NCBI GenBank assembly: GCA_963769935.1
Contig: CAVYNY010000022.1
Location: 544,001-608,000 of the forward strand
Source: an uncultured delta proteobacterium
GTDB taxonomy: Bacteria > Desulfobacterota > Desulfobacteria > Desulfobacterales > JAFDCJ01
Direction of reading: 5' to 3'
Length of the DNA stretch: 64,000 nucleotides
The number at the start of each line of letters is the position of its first letter. The stretch's first letter is position 1. Below are positions 1 to 9,144 of the stretch, piece by piece. The position numbers and the translations under genes were made by a program. Below the pieces are notes generated by a model. It was not told the DNA's origin. It was given only the letters and a program-made list of their open reading frames with translations, and made no database searches.

Positions 1-101
1 TGATTTTTAATTTTTATTCTATAATCAAGGTCGCTTATATAACCCTGTGCCGAATATTTGACCGGTCGCCCTTACCCAATAAGCTACTTCTTGCAATACT
101 A

Positions 102-1409
102 TTGATGCCCGTCTTATTTCTCCACGGCTGTGCAGCTATGAGAGAAGTTCTGGAGCAATCTCTGCCGCTTCCAAGCCATCTGGAGGAAAAGATCGAACGA
201 AATGAGTTTGTTGTTGCAAAAGGAGATGATGTCATTGGCCGGTTGGCGGTCGTCAGGCTTGAAAAGGGGGATACGCTGCCGGATATTGCGAGAAACTTCA
301 GTTTGGGAATCAATACAGTCAGTGCAGCTAATCCGGGGATAGATATCTGGGTGCCCGACTCCGGCGAGCGTATCCTGTTGCCTCTGAGCTTTATCCTGCC
401 GGACACCCTAAGAAAAGGTATCGTTATCAACTTGGCCGCCATGAGGCTCTTTTATTTTAAAGCAGACGGCAACCTATTGGCCGTGTCGACCTACCCGGTC
501 GGTGTCGGTACCACAGAGCGACCCACTCCCATGGGCCAGATGTATATAGTGCGCAAGAAGGTCCGGCCGACCTGGTATGTGCCAGCCTCGATTGCTGCAG
601 ATCATAGGAACAAGGGGGATCCTCTGCCGGCTAAAGTACTACCGGGGCCTCTAAACCCATTGGGAGAATACGCTCTCTATTTAAGTGAGTCAGGTTATTT
701 GATCCATGGTACCAATAAACCGGCCAGCATCGGTCTCAGGGCAACCAATGGCTGCATAAGACTCTATCCGGAAGACATAAAGAGACTTTTCAAAAACATC
801 CCGGTGAAAACATCTGTGCGTATTGTTAACCAGCCATATCTCGTAGGCCAACGGGATGGAATAGTTTACCTGGAGGTCCATCCGTCCTTTGAAGAATCAG
901 GTTCCGCTGAGTTGGAGAAGGCCTATGCAAAATTGAGGAATATTGAAAAGAAGTCAGGACACTCGTTAGACTGGAAAAAGGTTAAAGAAGTAGTGGCCGA
1001 GGCACGGGGGATCCCCGTTCCCATATTCGAGAACCATCATGGAAGTGAAAGGTATGTTACGGAAACCATAAAACTCAAGCACCCGGACAAATTGTATGGC
1101 AAACCGGAAATACCGGAACTCAAAACGGACGCGTGGTATGTTCTGGCGGCTACTTTAAGAGACAAGGTTGACGCACAGAGGCTTGCCGCAATTATTAACC
1201 ATCAGGGTCCGCAAATTCCTGCAAGGGTGTTGTCAACTGGCGATAGACACCGGGTTCTTGCAGGCCCTTTCAATAATATGAGCCAGGCCAAAGACGCAGC
1301 AAAGCGCTTGAAAATTGATTTGGAAATAGACGGTATGTTGGTTGAACCTGTAAGAGAGACGCAGCCGATTGCGCTTTTTCTTACACGTTCAAGCCGCATG
1401 TCTTATTGA
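102..1409 (+). CDS. L,D-transpeptidase (ErfK/YcfS/YnhG family) lipoprotein with LysM-like N-terminal and SPOR-like C-terminal domains
   Basis: Lipobox LHGC, GDTLPDIAR LysM-like segment, catalytic YLIHGTN...TNGCIRL, C-terminal RVLAGPF SPOR-like motif. The frame is open back to the window start, so the true start may lie upstream. Confidence 0.9.
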   Translation: MMPVLFLHGCAAMREVLEQSLPLPSHLEEKIERNEFVVAKGDDVIGRLAVVRLEKGDTLPDIARNFSLGINTVSAANPGIDIWVPDSGERILLPLSFILPDTLRKGIVINLAAMRLFYFKADGNLLAVSTYPVGVGTTERPTPMGQMYIVRKKVRPTWYVPASIAADHRNKGDPLPAKVLPGPLNPLGEYALYLSESGYLIHGTNKPASIGLRATNGCIRLYPEDIKRLFKNIPVKTSVRIVNQPYLVGQRDGIVYLEVHPSFEESGSAELEKAYAKLRNIEKKSGHSLDWKKVKEVVAEARGIPVPIFENHHGSERYVTETIKLKHPDKLYGKPEIPELKTDAWYVLAATLRDKVDAQRLAAIINHQGPQIPARVLSTGDRHRVLAGPFNNMSQAKDAAKRLKIDLEIDGMLVEPVRETQPIALFLTRSSRMSY

Positions 1410-1566
1410 ATTATCGTCCTCCGGCACCCGAGACGACCCTGCATTAAGAAATCATGAATTGGTTGTAGTCTAACTCGAACAGAGGTAAATTTTTTACAAA
1501 ATGTCAATAATCAAGGTGGACATTTTTAGGATGTAACGCGGAATCTTACAGTTCTTCATATGTTAA

Positions 1567-1722
1567 GGGCTCACTCAAAAATAACTTCACATTTTATACG
1601 CCGCTGCATCCCGCCCGACTGCGTTGCGAAAGCTCAGAATATCCAGATATTCCTGCGTTTTCGCGCCTTGCCGGACGGGCGCCTCAACGCCTAAAACTGT
1701 GAACTAATTTTTTCGTGAACCC
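1567..1722. mobile_element. 156-bp MITE-like element, copy 1
   Basis: Imperfect ~30-bp terminal inverted repeats (GGGCTCACTCAAAAATAACTTCACATTTTA / TAAAACTGTGAACTAATTTTTTCGTGAACCC), flanked by TAA on both sides; a highly similar inverted copy is at 46276-46431. Confidence 0.85.
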
Positions 1723-1757
1723 TAAGTAAATCTGAACGGAAAGGAGGTGACTACATT

Positions 1758-2081
1758 ATGAAGAAGAGTCTTTTGGTGATCTCAATGATGCTTGCTCTCG
1801 CTATTTCTGTAGGGGGTTGCGCAACAAAAGGTGACATTGAGCAGGTGCAGACCCGGGAAATGGAGATTGGCGCGAAAGCTGATCAGGCGGCTCAGGATGC
1901 GCAGGATGCCAAGGCAGCAGCCGATGCGGCCGTGATAAAGGCAAATGATGCGGCGGCCCGCGCTGAAGAAGCTATAAAGAGGGCAGAGGAAAGAGAGCGT
2001 ATCGCAGCTGAAAAGGAGAAAATCGCAGAGGAAAAAGCAAAACAAGCTGAAGCTGCTTTTCAGAAGTCAATGAAGAAATAA
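1758..2081 (+). CDS. Lpp/OprI-like alanine-zipper outer-membrane lipoprotein
   Basis: AAGGAGGT RBS, signal peptide with VGGC lipobox, Ala-rich coiled coil, C-terminal Lys (SMKK); lies between two LDT-family genes. Confidence 0.85.
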   Translation: MKKSLLVISMMLALAISVGGCATKGDIEQVQTREMEIGAKADQAAQDAQDAKAAADAAVIKANDAAARAEEAIKRAEERERIAAEKEKIAEEKAKQAEAAFQKSMKK

Positions 2082-2085
2082 GTCG

Positions 2086-2130
2086 AAAGGAAGTGGCAAG
2101 GTTCTGGGAACCGACCCACTTCCTTTTATT
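2086..2130 (+). terminator. Intrinsic terminator after the lipoprotein gene
   Basis: AAAGGAAGTGG...CCACTTCCTTT stem followed by a T-rich tract. Confidence 0.6.
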
Positions 2131-2159
2131 TCTATGGTTTCGTATCGTACCTATAGCAA

Positions 2160-3170
2160 ATGTATAAGAAAAAGGATGGTTTTGCGATCATCAGACCCAC
2201 TATCAACATGTGCAGAGATGTCTACGGGCAAAGACCAAGGGGGGCTCGGGGAGTGCCTTCGCTTTTGCTTTGCCTGGACCGTGATAATTCCGATCCTTAT
2301 AATGCGGATGCAGTTACTTTGATGATGGGACTTCAGGCCAGATCAATTTTTCAGGAGGCAAACGATTTTTTCAACCAGGGAAAATACGAGGCTTCTCTGA
2401 GCCAATACGAGCAAATTATTGAAAAATATCCCTCGGCCGCGGACAGAGGCCTCTTCGAAATGGGCATTATTTATGCCCATCCCAGGAACGAACTCAAAGA
2501 CTATAATAAGTCCCTGGAATGTTTCGAGAAACTCGTAAGGGAGTATCCGGATAGCGAATTCAGGCGGAATAGCCAGATGATGATATTTCAAATCCGAAAT
2601 GTCATTATCAAGGATAAAATAATTGCTGCGCAGCAAACGCAGATTGAGACTTCCCGGCAAGAAATTAAAAGCAGAGAAAACGAGCTTATTGCGCTGCAGG
2701 AAAAGATTGAAACCCTTGAACAAAGGATTTTTCTACTCCGGATGCAGCCTGCAGATAAAGTGCTGATAGAAAAAAAAGAGCGGCGATTAACATTGCTTTC
2801 AAGGGGCGAGGTGATCAAAATTTACAAAATAGCCCTGGGAGGGGACCCGGTAGGGCCGAAGGAAAGGCAGGGCGATAACAAAACTCCGGAGGGAACCTAC
2901 ATCATCGATTCAAGAAACAGGGCCAGCGGCTATCACCTGTCTCTTCATATTTCCTATCCAAACGAGAAAGACAAAATGCGGGCAAAAAAACTTGGTATTT
3001 CTCCGGGCGGAGATATCATGATCCATGGCATCAAAAATGGTTTAGCGTGGATTGGTGCTTTTCATGCAGAGGTGGACTGGACGGAAGGGTGCATTGCCGT
3101 TACAGACGAAGAAATAGAGGAAATCGACAATCTAGTTCCAAATGGTACAATTGTTGAGATAAGGCCATAG
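2160..3170 (+). CDS. TPR + coiled coil + YkuD-domain protein of YafK/DpaA type; 5' end apparently frameshifted (probable true start 2218)
   Basis: KERQGDNKTPEG and GDIMIHG...WTEGCIAV motifs; BamD/YfiO-like TPR; a signal peptide and GC lipobox appear in other frames at 2218-2330. Confidence 0.8.
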   Translation: MYKKKDGFAIIRPTINMCRDVYGQRPRGARGVPSLLLCLDRDNSDPYNADAVTLMMGLQARSIFQEANDFFNQGKYEASLSQYEQIIEKYPSAADRGLFEMGIIYAHPRNELKDYNKSLECFEKLVREYPDSEFRRNSQMMIFQIRNVIIKDKIIAAQQTQIETSRQEIKSRENELIALQEKIETLEQRIFLLRMQPADKVLIEKKERRLTLLSRGEVIKIYKIALGGDPVGPKERQGDNKTPEGTYIIDSRNRASGYHLSLHISYPNEKDKMRAKKLGISPGGDIMIHGIKNGLAWIGAFHAEVDWTEGCIAVTDEEIEEIDNLVPNGTIVEIRP

Positions 3171-3179
3171 AAAAATGGA

Positions 3180-3398
3180 TCAAGCAGCACTGGCTTGCTT
3201 TTCGGTAGGTAACTTGGTTAAAATTAGTTCTTTTAGATCCGTTTTGCTGGAGGCATTATCGATGTCCATTCCAACCAGTTTATTTTCATCATCATAGTCG
3301 AGCGCGACGCCTGGCGACACCGCTCCGCTTTCCGACCTCTCTTTGGCTGATAAATCAATATCCATTGAATCTGTTTCCGGATATTATGATATTCTCAC
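3180..3398 (-). pseudogene. DUF2283-family small protein with premature TAA at codon 5
   Basis: GTG-RIS*YPETDSMDIDL...GVALDYDDENKLVGMDI matches the DUF2283 pattern. Confidence 0.7.
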
Positions 3399-3515
3399 CG
3401 CTTAAATGTCCTGTCCGGAATGCACGTCAGCCTGGAGAGCAGGTAACACGCTTATTTCAAGTCCACTAAATGGGTTCTGCGTAGGCTTCCAACCTACGAT
3501 CGTGGGTGACCAATG

Positions 3516-3850
3516 TCAGGTCTTCAGAAATTGCCTGTGCGACAAGCATCCGATCGAATGGATCACCTCAGCGGCAGCGATTTCACCTCCCCATAGTATT
3601 CCAAAATCTGCCGGCTTTATATCCTTAAACCAAAGGCGGGCATCCGTTCTGAATTTTTCTTGAACGAGCTTGGGTTTAAGGTTTTCCGGGTAGGCCTCTA
3701 CTGATCGTCTCAACAATTGCTCGGTTTTGAGCAGGTGTCGCCCTTTTTTCGCCAGGTTGATAAGAAAACCGAGCTCTTTGAGCTCGGTTATCACAAAGTC
3801 AACCGTTCCTAAAGCGACATTGGCTGCTTTGGCCATATCACGGTAGGGTT
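3516..3850 (-). pseudogene. Fragment of a type IV TA AbiEi-like antitoxin (HTH plus WGGE motif)
   Basis: PYRDMAKAANVALGTV HTH and LWGGEIAA; truncated at both ends. Confidence 0.65.
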
Positions 3851-3957
3851 GCCTGCTCCATATTCGGAGGAAATTCGATGATAAATTAGATTTATACGAA
3901 TTTACAATTGATTTTAACTACATGAAATTATATAAATAAAACTGAACCGTAAAAACT

Positions 3958-4218
3958 ATGGAAATTCTAAGGACTGATTTGAAGGATCAAGAAACAATCA
4001 GTAAGCAGATCCTGATTGCAGAGAAGGAACTTGCTACTCCTGATGCAAAAAAGGAGGCATTGCAAAACAGAATCAGGCAGCTTAACCACCTGAAGAAATT
4101 AATTGCTGATGAACGATTTTCTTTTGACCGGCTGCCTGAATCAGACGTAACAAATAATTCAGCTCAGGAACAAAAATTGCTCTTTTTCGGTCCTTGTTGC
4201 GCGGGCGGGACGAACTTA
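3958..4218 (+). pseudogene. N-terminal fragment of a primase-helicase (AEP-TOTE / DEAD-box type) gene
   Basis: Coiled coil, then (across a frameshift) SAQEQKIALFRSLLRGRDE, the characteristic start of that domain; abruptly truncated. Confidence 0.6.
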
Positions 4219-4256
4219 AGGTGACTCTCAATATATTCTTATCAAAGGAACTATGC

Positions 4257-5420
4257 ATGTCACTAAGACCTATAAATACCTACATTCAAAACATGCGACG
4301 ATCTGGAATAAGACGAATTATGGATAAGGCCACATCTCCCGGTATTGTGCACTTGGAGGTCGGCCAACCTGATTTTCCGACACCTGACCCGGTGATTCGC
4401 GCCGCATGTGAAGCAGCGTCTGAAAAAGGCGGTTTATATACCCGCTATACGCCCAACATGGGGTACCTGTCTCTCAGGAAGTCTTTGGTAAAAAAGCTGA
4501 AAAATGAGAACAACATAGATACGACTGAAGATCAAATTTTGGTTACTCCCGGAGCCAATTACGGAATTATGATTGCGCTTTCAGTTCTGCTCAATCAGGG
4601 CGATGAGGTGCTTATTCCTGATCCGGGATACGTGAATTATACATATCTACCGCCCCAATATGGCGCAGTCGTTGCCAGATATCCGCTTTACGAGCATGAA
4701 GGCTTTGTCCCCCGGATCGAAACCATCAATGAGCACATTACGCCCAAAACCAAAGTAATCGTGCACAACAGCCCTTCAAATCCGACCGGTTCCGTCTGTT
4801 CGGAATCCTACGTTAAAGAACTATTGGAGATCGCACGTTTTCATGATCTATACCTGCTTTCGGACGAGACATACGAGCACATCGTGTTTGACGGCAAACA
4901 CTTCAGTCCGGCCCGGTATGATATAGACGGCAGAGTTGTCAGCATATTCAGCTTTTCAAAAAGCTACGCCATGACCGGTTGGCGGGTCGGTTATGTCGTT
5001 TCTAATGCAGCCATTTCAAAGGCTCTGGAAAAGCAACAAGAGCTATGTGTGTCCTGTGCATCTTCAATATCCCAAAAGGCGGCAGAAGCGGCATTAGACA
5101 CAGGCCACAAGCATATCGACCTGATGGTGGCGCAATATCGCCGGCGGCGGGATTTGGCTATGGACATTCTTAAAAAACACGGACTTTATGCTTACACCCC
5201 ACAGGGCGCTTTCTATGTATTGATTGATATATCTTCTACTGGTATGGATTCTGATACTTTTGCAGACCGTATACTGCGTGATCAACAAGTGGCGCTGGCT
5301 CCTGGCGCAACCTTTGGCAATATTGCGGAAAAGTATGTCCGGGTAAGCCTCGCTGTCGATGACAAGGCTGTCATCGAAGGGCTTGATAGAGTTTGCAGCT
5401 TCATCAAGTCAAATTCTTAA
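4257..5420 (+). CDS. PLP-dependent class I/II (aspartate-type) aminotransferase
   Basis: GQPDF, NSPSNPTG, SDETY and SFSKSYAMTGWRVGY motifs; AAAGGA RBS before ATG 4257. Confidence 0.92.
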   Translation: MSLRPINTYIQNMRRSGIRRIMDKATSPGIVHLEVGQPDFPTPDPVIRAACEAASEKGGLYTRYTPNMGYLSLRKSLVKKLKNENNIDTTEDQILVTPGANYGIMIALSVLLNQGDEVLIPDPGYVNYTYLPPQYGAVVARYPLYEHEGFVPRIETINEHITPKTKVIVHNSPSNPTGSVCSESYVKELLEIARFHDLYLLSDETYEHIVFDGKHFSPARYDIDGRVVSIFSFSKSYAMTGWRVGYVVSNAAISKALEKQQELCVSCASSISQKAAEAALDTGHKHIDLMVAQYRRRRDLAMDILKKHGLYAYTPQGAFYVLIDISSTGMDSDTFADRILRDQQVALAPGATFGNIAEKYVRVSLAVDDKAVIEGLDRVCSFIKSNS

Positions 5421-5459
5421 AATCGAACAAATTTTTTTCTAATAAGGGGGGACAGCTGA

Positions 5460-6500
5460 ATGAAGGCAGTTTTCTATGATGAATTCGCAAAACTACCGAC
5501 TATCGAAGAATTACCCGACCCGACTCCTGAAGACCATGGCGTCGTCCTTAGGGTAAAAGCAACCGGACTATGCCGAAGCGACTGGCATGGATGGATGGGG
5601 CATGATCCGGATATTAAGCTGCCCCATGTACCCGGACATGAGATCGCCGGCGTCGTTGAGGCTGTCGGCAAAAATGTCGCAAAATGGAAAGCGGGTGACA
5701 GGGTTACCCTGCCATTTGTTTGCGGCTGTGGAGATTGTCCCCAGTGTTTGTCCGGAAACCATCAGGTCTGCGACAGCCAAACCCAACCGGGATTCACCCA
5801 CTGGGGCTCCTTTGCAGAATTTGTGGCTGTCCATCACGCCGATATCAATTTGGTGAGAATACCCGATGAAATAGATAACGTCACAGCAGCAAGTTTAGGC
5901 TGCCGATTTGTAACTTCGTTTCGAGCAATCGTTGCCCAGGGAAATGTCTCCGCGGGGCAATGGGTTGCGATACACGGATGCGGCGGTGTTGGTTTATCTG
6001 CCATAATGATTGCAAGCGCATTGGGTGCAAGTGTGGTTGCAATTGATATCGCTGATGAAAAACTTGAGCTTGCCCGGTCAGTCGGCGCGAATGCAACCCT
6101 CAACGCCACAAAATCAAAAGATGTGGTGGAAAGTGTAAAAAGTATTACCAACGGCGGCGCGCACGTATCGATAGATGCACTTGGCAGCCCGGTTACCTGT
6201 TTTAACTCAATTGCCAATTTGAGAAAGCGCGGAAAGCATGTTCAGGTTGGACTGATGTTGGCGGACCACAGCAACCCTATCGTACCAATGGATAAGGTGA
6301 TAGCCAATGAGCTTGAAATTATAGGCAGCCACGGAATCCAAGCCTATAAATATTCAATGTTGTTGGAAATGATTAATTCAGGAAAATTACAACCTCAAAA
6401 ATTGATTGGGAAAACCATAAGCCTGGATGAGTCACCAGAAGCACTATCCAATATGAATAGTTTTGCCGGAACGGGGGTAACGGTAATCAATAAATTTTAG
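5460..6500 (+). CDS. Zinc-dependent alcohol dehydrogenase (MDR family)
   Basis: GLCRSD, GHE, CGDCPQC..C structural zinc site and GCGGVG. Confidence 0.93.
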   Translation: MKAVFYDEFAKLPTIEELPDPTPEDHGVVLRVKATGLCRSDWHGWMGHDPDIKLPHVPGHEIAGVVEAVGKNVAKWKAGDRVTLPFVCGCGDCPQCLSGNHQVCDSQTQPGFTHWGSFAEFVAVHHADINLVRIPDEIDNVTAASLGCRFVTSFRAIVAQGNVSAGQWVAIHGCGGVGLSAIMIASALGASVVAIDIADEKLELARSVGANATLNATKSKDVVESVKSITNGGAHVSIDALGSPVTCFNSIANLRKRGKHVQVGLMLADHSNPIVPMDKVIANELEIIGSHGIQAYKYSMLLEMINSGKLQPQKLIGKTISLDESPEALSNMNSFAGTGVTVINKF

Positions 6501-6572
6501 CGTATCAATTTTACGGTTGATCGCATCGTGTCTTTGCTCAAAGTGAGCAATCCCTTAACACAATCGAGTAAC

Positions 6573-6606
6573 AAAAAAGCCGCAGTTCATAAGAATTGCG
6601 GCTTTT
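6573..6606. terminator. Bidirectional intrinsic terminator next to the att repeat
   Basis: AAAAAAGCCGCAGTTC...GAATTGCGGCTTTTT. Confidence 0.7.
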
Positions 6607-6765
6607 TATATCCAAATGGTGCCGAAGGCCGGATATACAAGACAATTAATAATATCAATAAGTTATTAGAAACAAAGTGAGTTTAAACTAGTTTAAGCGA
6701 GTTTTTGTACATTCCTGGCCGCATAATCGCATATCAGTCGCATATTTCAATACACGTAAAATCAT

Positions 6766-7296
6766 TCAGTCAGCTCTATTCCCCACAAAATTTGGGTTGT
6801 CTGGCCGATCCTGCATTATTTCACGAATAGTAGTGAAACTGACCGGATAAAAATCGTTATTGTCCACCCCGATGTCCCATTGCTTGCCGATGGGCGGCAG
6901 TTTGCCATGGGAATGGCCGTATAGCTGCCAGCTGTTGTAGTGTGAGCGAGGCCAAACTCGCATGGCGAAATGACATACAACCACATAATATCCTTCTATT
7001 TCCTTCTCCCAGATGACTGTGGCTGACTTTTTCAGCCAATAATCGTGGCTGCCTTTCAGAAAAATATGGGTTCCGTTAAGCTGCCGAATATAATTTTCGG
7101 CGAAAGACTTTTTCGAAAGGGTAAAGTCTCCTGCATGAATCACAACATCCTTCGGTCCGACCGTTTCATTGTGGCGTTGAATAATCACGGCATCCATTTC
7201 ATCAACCGATGTGAAGGGGCGGTTACTATACTTGATGATGTTTGCGTGCCCGTAGTGTTCATCAGCGGTAAAAAAGAAAGTGGGTTTTGTATTCAT
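6766..7296 (-). CDS. Calcineurin-like metallophosphoesterase
   Basis: ADEHYGH, HAGDF, KGSHD, GHSHG and DIGVD motifs. Confidence 0.88.
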   Translation of the reverse strand: MNTKPTFFFTADEHYGHANIIKYSNRPFTSVDEMDAVIIQRHNETVGPKDVVIHAGDFTLSKKSFAENYIRQLNGTHIFLKGSHDYWLKKSATVIWEKEIEGYYVVVCHFAMRVWPRSHYNSWQLYGHSHGKLPPIGKQWDIGVDNNDFYPVSFTTIREIMQDRPDNPNFVGNRAD

Positions 7297-7466
7297 GCGC
7301 TTTTTATAAATTTTATCTTTTGAGAGAGAGACCGGCAAATTAAGACCATTCGGGTCCAGAACTTCGGATTATAGCCAAAATAGGTAAAAGCCGGCGGAGA
7401 GGATATTAAATAAAGGGATTATGAAATTAAAAAATAAGAAAGTCGATAAGGAATGCTGATTTATCT

Positions 7467-7691
7467 TTACTTTTTCAGAAATTCATTTGGATCAATACCA
7501 GCTTCTTTGAGAATAGCTCTCAACGTTCCCTCGGGCAGATCTCCTGAGTGGTTGGGTATGGTTGTATAACGGTCGGTTTGTGAATCGTACCAGATTTCAT
7601 GACTTCCGGCAGCTTGCCGATCAAATGCAAATCCAAATGCTTTCAAACGCTTTATTATCTGTCGGTATCGGAAACCGGCTAATCGTCCCAT
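7467..7691 (-). CDS. hicA: HicA-family toxin
   Basis: GSHEIW...TTIPNH..DLPEGTLRAILK. Confidence 0.9.
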   Translation of the reverse strand: MGRLAGFRYRQIIKRLKAFGFAFDRQAAGSHEIWYDSQTDRYTTIPNHSGDLPEGTLRAILKEAGIDPNEFLKK

Positions 7692-7693
7692 CG

Positions 7694-7924
7694 TTACGCA
7701 TTTACAATCAGAGGGTAGTCGAACGAATCATCTATGGTCGAAAGATTCACTTTTCCGGAACGCTCCGCTTGGGCTTCAATTAACTTGCGTGCAACGTCCC
7801 TTGCGATTTCCAATGCCTCAGTTGCTGTCCGGCCCTGAGCCACCAGTCCCTGAATATCCCTGGAGGTCGCCAGATAAACACCATCCGGCAATTTCTTTAT
7901 ATGGATATTGATAATTTTTTCCAT
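7694..7924 (-). CDS. hicB: HicB-like (DUF1902-type) antitoxin
   Basis: YLATSRDIQGLVAQGRTATEALE; directly upstream of hicA. Confidence 0.85.
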   Translation of the reverse strand: MEKIINIHIKKLPDGVYLATSRDIQGLVAQGRTATEALEIARDVARKLIEAQAERSGKVNLSTIDDSFDYPLIVNA

Positions 7925-8025
7925 GATTTTTCGCCGTTGATATGGATTTTTTTCTATTGATAAAATTTAAATGTTTCTAATAACAGATATTCTAGAACAT
8001 CGCAATAATAACATATGTAATTGTC

Positions 8026-8364
8026 ATGAAAGGTGGAATGGGGAAAAAGCAACGTCAGGCTGCATTAAACTCTCTTGAATCTCTTCCAGATGATGCTGAA
8101 AAAGCGCTCCTCGCTACCGGCCGGTACTTAGGAGAAGGATTCGACGACGAAAGGCTTGATACCTTATTTTTGACTTTGCCGATTTCCTGGAGAGGTACTT
8201 TAAATCAATACGCCGGCCGTTTGCACAGAATCCATGAAAGCAAAAAAGAGGTAGTGATTTACGATTACGTGGATTCAAATGTACCGGTTCTGGCAAAAAT
8301 GTACGATCGGCGACTCAAAGGTTATCACTCCATCGGCTATGAAATCGAGGATGACCAATCCTGA
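8026..8364 (+). pseudogene. C-terminal fragment of an SF2 (DEAD/DEAH, type III Res-like) helicase
   Basis: ATGRYLGEGFDDERLDTLFL, QYAGRLHR and IYDYVD motifs; the N-terminal ATPase domain is absent. Confidence 0.8.
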
Positions 8365-8467
8365 GGAGTGGCTGTTATTCTATCCCAAACGGTGCGAACT
8401 TCGAGCCTAAAATCGCATATAAAAAACGGCTTCAGTAACATACTGAAACCGTTTCTCTTTTTTTGGT

Positions 8468-8554
8468 TGGTGCCGAAGGCCGGACTTGAACCGGCACGGC
8501 TTTTGGCCACTACCCCCTCAAGATAGCGTGTCTACCAAGTTCCACCACTTCGGC
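8468..8554 (-). tRNA. tRNA-Leu(GAG)
   Basis: 87-nt cloverleaf GCCGAAG...CTTCGGC-ACCA with anticodon loop TTGAGGG, long variable arm and GGTTCAAGTCC T-arm; downstream of secG. Confidence 0.97.
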
Positions 8555-8591
8555 ACGTTAGACCATATAGCTAAACAGAAAAAAGTTTCTC

Positions 8592-9005
8592 CTACTTCTG
8601 CGCCGGCTGGGATTCCTGCGCCGCTGGGATCTGCCGGGGGGACTGCTGTGCTGGCTGAGATTGCTGGGCCGGCTGTGAGCCGCTGCCTTTGGTTGCCGGC
8701 GGTGCGCTTGGCGCCTGCTGGACCGGACTCTCAATGGGGGCCGGGGTGTTGCCCACGACGGATGCCCCTCGGTTGTGATGCGTGGAGAGGTAAGCCAGCG
8801 CCAGTGAAGTGACCATAAATACAATGGCGGCCCCGGTGGTTGCTTTGCTCAGAAAGGTCGAGGCTCCGGTGCTGCCGAACAGGGTCTGGCTGCCACCGCC
8901 GCCGAAAGCCGCACCCATGTCCGCGCCTTTACCCGTCTGCAGCAAAACAATCAAAATCAGCGCGAAACAAACGACAATGTGAAGTATTATCAAAAAAATA
9001 GTCAT
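8592..9005 (-). CDS. secG: Preprotein translocase subunit SecG
   Basis: VLLQTGKGADMGAAFGGG; two TM helices; Q/P-rich tail. Confidence 0.95.
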   Translation of the reverse strand: MTIFLIILHIVVCFALILIVLLQTGKGADMGAAFGGGGSQTLFGSTGASTFLSKATTGAAIVFMVTSLALAYLSTHHNRGASVVGNTPAPIESPVQQAPSAPPATKGSGSQPAQQSQPAQQSPRQIPAAQESQPAQK

Positions 9006-9026
9006 AATGTTAAAATTTTCCTGTCA

Positions 9027-9117
9027 GGACACGGATGAACACGAATCTGACGAATAGTAAAAGATGGTTTTTCCTATTGGAATAGTTTTCTATGTATATC
9101 TGTGAAAATCCGTGTCC
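9027..9117. repeat. Inverted 9-mer-type repeat hairpin
   Basis: Perfect 10-bp IR GGACACGGAT (9027-9036) / ATCCGTGTCC (9108-9117) with degenerate internal units. Confidence 0.7.
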
Positions 9118-9144
9118 GAAATAAATATTATCACGACATTATTT

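Larger units (their letters stand above)
6617..8484. mobile_element. Integrase-less mini genomic island at the tRNA-Leu 3' end
   Basis: 17-bp direct repeat TGGTGCCGAAGGCCGGA at 6617-6633 and 8468-8484; cargo is a phosphoesterase, hicBA and a helicase fragment. Confidence 0.8.

Noticed and set aside
3384..3386. Stop-codon recoding in the DUF2283 gene
   Set aside because: The codon is TAA, not TGA or TAG, and lies in a decaying region.
4194..4256. N-terminal extension of the aminotransferase (similarly the extended starts of tpiA, guaB, recJ, manC, namZ)
   Set aside because: A downstream ATG fits the family start better, usually with an RBS; this extension is helicase-remnant sequence.
6716..6732. 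Sigma-54 promoter-like TGGC-N9-GC
   Set aside because: No plus-strand gene follows; better explained as att arm repeats.
8486..8824. ORFs overlapping the tRNA and secG
   Set aside because: They conflict with tRNA-Leu and secG.
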